Source: Eledone cirrhosa
Taxonomy: Eukaryota
DNA: 64,000 nucleotides
Direction: 5' to 3'
Assembly (NCBI GenBank): GCA_964016885.1
Contig: OZ024754.1
Coordinates: forward strand, 27,714,001 to 27,778,000
Part shown: piece by piece, positions 58,677 to 64,000 of the stretch
Layout: every line of letters begins with the position of its first letter
Position numbering within the stretch: the first letter of the stretch is position 1
Notes under the pieces: generated by a model
Seen by the model: the letters and a program-made list of their open reading frames with translations, nothing else
The model's database searches: none
What the model was told of the DNA's origin: nothing
Made by a program: the position numbers and the translations under genes

Positions 58677-59478
58677 ATAAAATATTTAAAAAATAATGAA
58701 TAAAACAATGAAACAGTTCCTTATATTAAACAAAAAAAGTTCATTATTTAACGATCGTTTCTAGGATATATATGTGTTAGAATTGGCATGTATATTCTAT
58801 GTACAAAATTATACAAAATTATACAAACTATCAAAATTAAATATACATACCAACACATATATATGCCGTCTTCAGAAATAATGAAATATATTTATTGATA
58901 ATAACAACAATTCAAAATTACAGGTCTGTTTGGGAACAGAGTTCAAATTGACCAATGAAAACACAAAAAGTTTATACAGTTAGGTGTGTGTATATATGTA
59001 AGTAACTTCGTTCACAGATATGCATAAAAATATATGTTCACATGCATACGCATGCCGAAAAGATGTATGTAAATACAAAAATTCAGGGCTAATGTCTCTG
59101 TATGTTTATAATCTACAGATAAAATACATATACGCATATAAACATATAAATATAAAAATAAATATATACACATTCATATACTCACACATATACATACATT
59201 CACACACACACGCGCGTATACGCATAAACATACACACAACCACGAACATACATACACACACACACCCCCACACACATATATGTGTATATACTATTATCAT
59301 AAGCATATGGACATTAATGCGCGCACATAAACACTGCCACACATATTTAGATCCAGATACAGAAAGTAGGTGGGGGGGGGGGAGAGGTCAGTATTTACTG
59401 GTGTCAGCAAACTGCCTATTTATAAATGTATCTATAAATTTAGAAATAAAAAGAAAAAGAAAAAAGAAAAATATTAAG

Positions 59479-59532
<54 letters not shown>

Positions 59533-59573
59533 TATATAAACAAGTAAAATATAAAATATACATCGATATACAT

Positions 59574-59614
<41 letters not shown>

Positions 59615-59714
59615 CATACACATATACATAAACACATACATACACATAAATATACATACACACATGTGTGTATGTATATGTATGTGTATGTATGTGTTTA
59701 TGTATATGTGTATG

Positions 59715-59763
<49 letters not shown>

Positions 59764-59798
59764 ATCGATGTATATTTTATATTTTACTTGTTTATATA

Positions 59799-59840
<42 letters not shown>

Positions 59841-60650
59841 CTTAATATTTTTCTTTTTTCTTTTTCTTTTTATTTCTAAAATTTATAGATACATTTATAA
59901 ATAGGCAGTTTGCTGACACCAGTAAATACTGACCTCCCCCCCCCCCCACATACTTTCTGTATCTGGATCTAAATATGTGTGGCAGTGTTTATGTGCGCGC
60001 ATTAATGTCCATATGCTTATGATAATAGTATATACACATATATGTGTGTGGGGGTGTGTGTGTGTATGTATGTTCGTGGTTGTGTGTATGTTTATGCGTA
60101 TACGCGCGTGTGTGTGTGAATGTATGTATATGTGTGAGTATATGAATGTGTATATATTTATTTTTATATTTATATGTTTATATGCGTATATGTATTTTAT
60201 CTGTAGATTATAAACATACAGAGACATTAGCCCTGAATTTTTGTATTTACATACATCTTTTCGGCATGCGTATGCATGTGAACATATATTTTTATGCATA
60301 TCTGTGAACGAAGTTACTTACATATATACACACACCTAACTGTATAAACTTTTTGTGTTTTCATTGGTCAATTTGAACTCTGTTCCCAAACAGACCTGTA
60401 ATTTTGAATTGTTGTTATTATCAATAAATATATTTCATTATTTCTGAAGACGGCATATATATGTGTTGGTATGTATATTTAATTTTGATAGTTTGTATAA
60501 TTTTGTATAATTTTGTACATAGATCTGTTGAATATACATGCCAATTCTAACACATATATATCCTAGAAACGATCGTTAAATAATGAACTTTTTTTGTTTA
60601 ATATAAGGAACTGTTTCATTGTTTTATTCATTATTTTTTTAATATTTTAT
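58677..60650. repeat. ~2-kb spacer-less palindrome (arms ~990 bp) with an HHR near each end
   Basis: Centre CACA|TGTG at 59664/59665; mirrored ORFs 59020-59547(+) and 59895-60299(-); arms differ by a few indels. Confidence 0.92.
60434..60587 (+). ncRNA. Hammerhead ribozyme with very large stem II (mirror copy at 58740-58885 minus)
   Basis: TTCATTATTT-CTGAAGA-CGGC ATATATATGTGTTGG ...~77 nt... CTAACACATATATAT CCTA-GAA-A CGATCG T-T^AAATAATGAA; 10-bp stem I. Confidence 0.8.
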
Positions 60651-61347
60651 CTTGACTCTGTATTCCGTTTATCTTTCACCGAAAGTGATTTTTCATTGCA
60701 TCTCTTCTTTCCATGATATCCGGATTACATTGAGTTCTTCATACGGATTGGACACTACCGTAAACTCTTGGTAGATTTATCTACATAATATATATACATA
60801 TATATATTTATATATAAAAATATATGTATGAAAAGATTCAGGACTCTGACGGCTGAGCTCCAGCCGTTTTGACAGCTAGATCCGTACATGTATATAGATC
60901 AGGATTATTCAAAATTTAAGCTAGTAAACCATCATTATTCAGCAGAGAACTAGATACTTCGGATTGTAGAGCGTAAATATCGTAGATACAGTTGAGAGTC
61001 AGACAACGACGATTGAGCTCTTAATATTTCGGCAGTAAATTCCAGGGTCCGGGATTTTCTGTTAAAACGGCATGAGCTCAATCGCCAGGCCAGTGTGTGT
61101 GTATATATATATATTAGAAAGTGAGGTGTTTTTACAAAATGAAAAATAACCGAGGTGTCCTACACGAATGAAAGTATAAAGAAAAAAAGATGAAATCAAA
61201 AATGCAACTGGAGTCTTATTTTTAAAAATATATATATATTTATTTTGTTCCTTTACCGGTTTCGCAGTTCTTCCGCTTTTCAAAAGTAGAGTTGAGATAG
61301 AGGGTCTGTGGTCTTTCTCACATCTATATATTTATATATACACGCAT

Positions 61348-61455
<108 letters not shown>

Positions 61456-62276
61456 GTGTGTGTGTGTGTATGTGAGTGTGTGCATGCGTGTATATATATA
61501 TATATATATAAATAAATAAATAAAAAAAATATATATATATATATATATTTATATAGATACATATTTATATGTGTGTGTGTGTATGTGTTGGTATGTGTGT
61601 TTTAGTAACTACAGCTTAGTGCTCCGTCTTATAATGCAGATTTTTCAGAGATACATTATCGAATGTGTTAATTTAATTACAAGTATGTCGGTAAAATGTA
61701 AAAATTGTTATTTTACTTCTCGGAATTAACGGACTTTGTCTGTAGTCTAAAAACATCGGGTTAACCTACAGTCTGTTTATACACACAAACACACATATAT
61801 ATACATATGATCATAAAGAATTATGTTCTTTGTAATAGCTGTCCATCATATAATATTTCTGCCGTGAATTTTCCATCATCTTGATATATATTTACCTATC
61901 AAACGTTCAATTCTAATTTCCTAATATCTTTCTAGAATAATTTTTTGCTTTAAGCACTACATTTTCTTCCTCACTGACCAAAATCTAAAGTTGTCATCAA
62001 GTTTTTGAATTTCAATATACTTAAGTGCATATACACAGAAAAGATTTTAATTAAAATATTCCAAGATATCTTTACTCAATTAAATATAATCTTTATCGAT
62101 CACACACTTTAGCTACAATAATAATCAGTGTTTTTTTTATTTGTTCGTTTATTAAAGTTTATATTTTGTTATTGCTATTATTAAACATCATATGTATTTG
62201 AATTCTTCAATTATTCTATGAACACGCAAGCACATAAAAATACATACATGAATGCAGTAATATATACATATATATT

Positions 62277-62945
<669 letters not shown>

Positions 62946-64000
62946 TACGTATATATATATATATGACTTTTTTTTTCGAAAATTATCCTACCCATTTTTG
63001 TTTTACAATCGTCTCACATTCCTCTAAGCAACAGAGCGGTTCTTCAATAAGTTGCACAAACTGGCATTTAAAGTGTAATATCACCTAAATGCTCGAAATT
63101 GCACACGAACAATGTGGCTGACACGTTAGCGATGCAGCTGTCTGTTCGTCTTATATAACTGTATTTTCTATATATTATTATTTAATCAATTAGATAATTA
63201 GTTAACTAATAAGTTAATTTTCAGGTTTCGTTTCTCCCAGACTGTAACCTTATTGAATATGTGTCTATGTGTGTGTGTGTATGTGTATAGTCTAGCTAGA
63301 CGAAAAAGAAAACGCTTCGAAATAAGCACACACAATACACGCCCCTGTGGTTATATTTAAACTTTAAACACATTTATTTACTACGACATATTCGTCCCTG
63401 TTTGTTCCACAATCGACAGCTACCAATTATCCCATTTTCTTGTTACATAATCCCATTTCATAATAACTGATTATATTTTCCAGAAGATAACTGTGCTCCA
63501 TTAAAGATAAATGAACGCATGAATATTCTTACAAAATCTGTTTCCTCCATTAACTTCTGAATTGCTGACATCATGGAAGTGTAAAAGTAAACACTAGTTT
63601 GCTGACATTTGTAAAAGATATTTCGTAAAAACATTATTGTTCTTGGTTTATTCACCTACTGTGTATATTAATTTAAAAGGCATCAGTTTAATCTTCGAAT
63701 ATAACTAATATATTTGATTGCATTTCATAGGAAGAATATTCTTAATGAAATATTGTAAAAATTATTTTGGATATCAATATTTTCAGGCGTTTATTTCAAG
63801 AGAGATATACAAATACAAATATTTTAATAATTGATATTTTTCCTGAGGCAGAACGCTTTACCGAATATACGATATGTTCTCACCTTCTATCTAAACAATA
63901 ACTTTGGCGAGTTACATCTATTAGACACCTGGACATGAAACAAACACCTCAGGACATGAGAAAATCAAAAACTTTCACCTAGCCTGAAGGAATCATTACT

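Overview
AT-rich, microsatellite-dense animal genomic DNA; the tRNA-derived SINE families and dense (TA)n/(CA)n tracts suggest a cephalopod such as Octopus (inference). No intact host protein-coding gene is recognisable. Most long ORFs in the track are microsatellite artefacts. The real coding remnants are decayed Penelope-like retroelements (PLEs; RT plus GIY-YIG endonuclease, several families), RTE-type LINE fragments, SINEs and a non-autonomous Helitron. The feature the ORF track misses is a dense set of type I hammerhead ribozyme (HHR) motifs: more than 20 intact or decayed copies from about 10 families, read by eye on both strands. Most lie in PLE pseudo-LTRs or short non-coding elements inserted into (TA)n tracts. 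Highlights: (1) a non-coding 420-bp tandem array with one HHR per unit (50937-51999), a retrozyme-like candidate that could release a 420-nt, possibly circular, RNA; (2) HHR variants with 70-120-nt stem II regions, a CAGAAGA core, or a U-U pair closing stem II; (3) many fold-back palindromes centred on pre-existing hairpins, often HHR stem II itself, suggesting hairpin-primed second-strand synthesis; (4) a ~2-kb spacer-less palindrome with an HHR near each end. All coordinates and folds were determined manually; element boundaries are approximate and ribozyme activity is untested.
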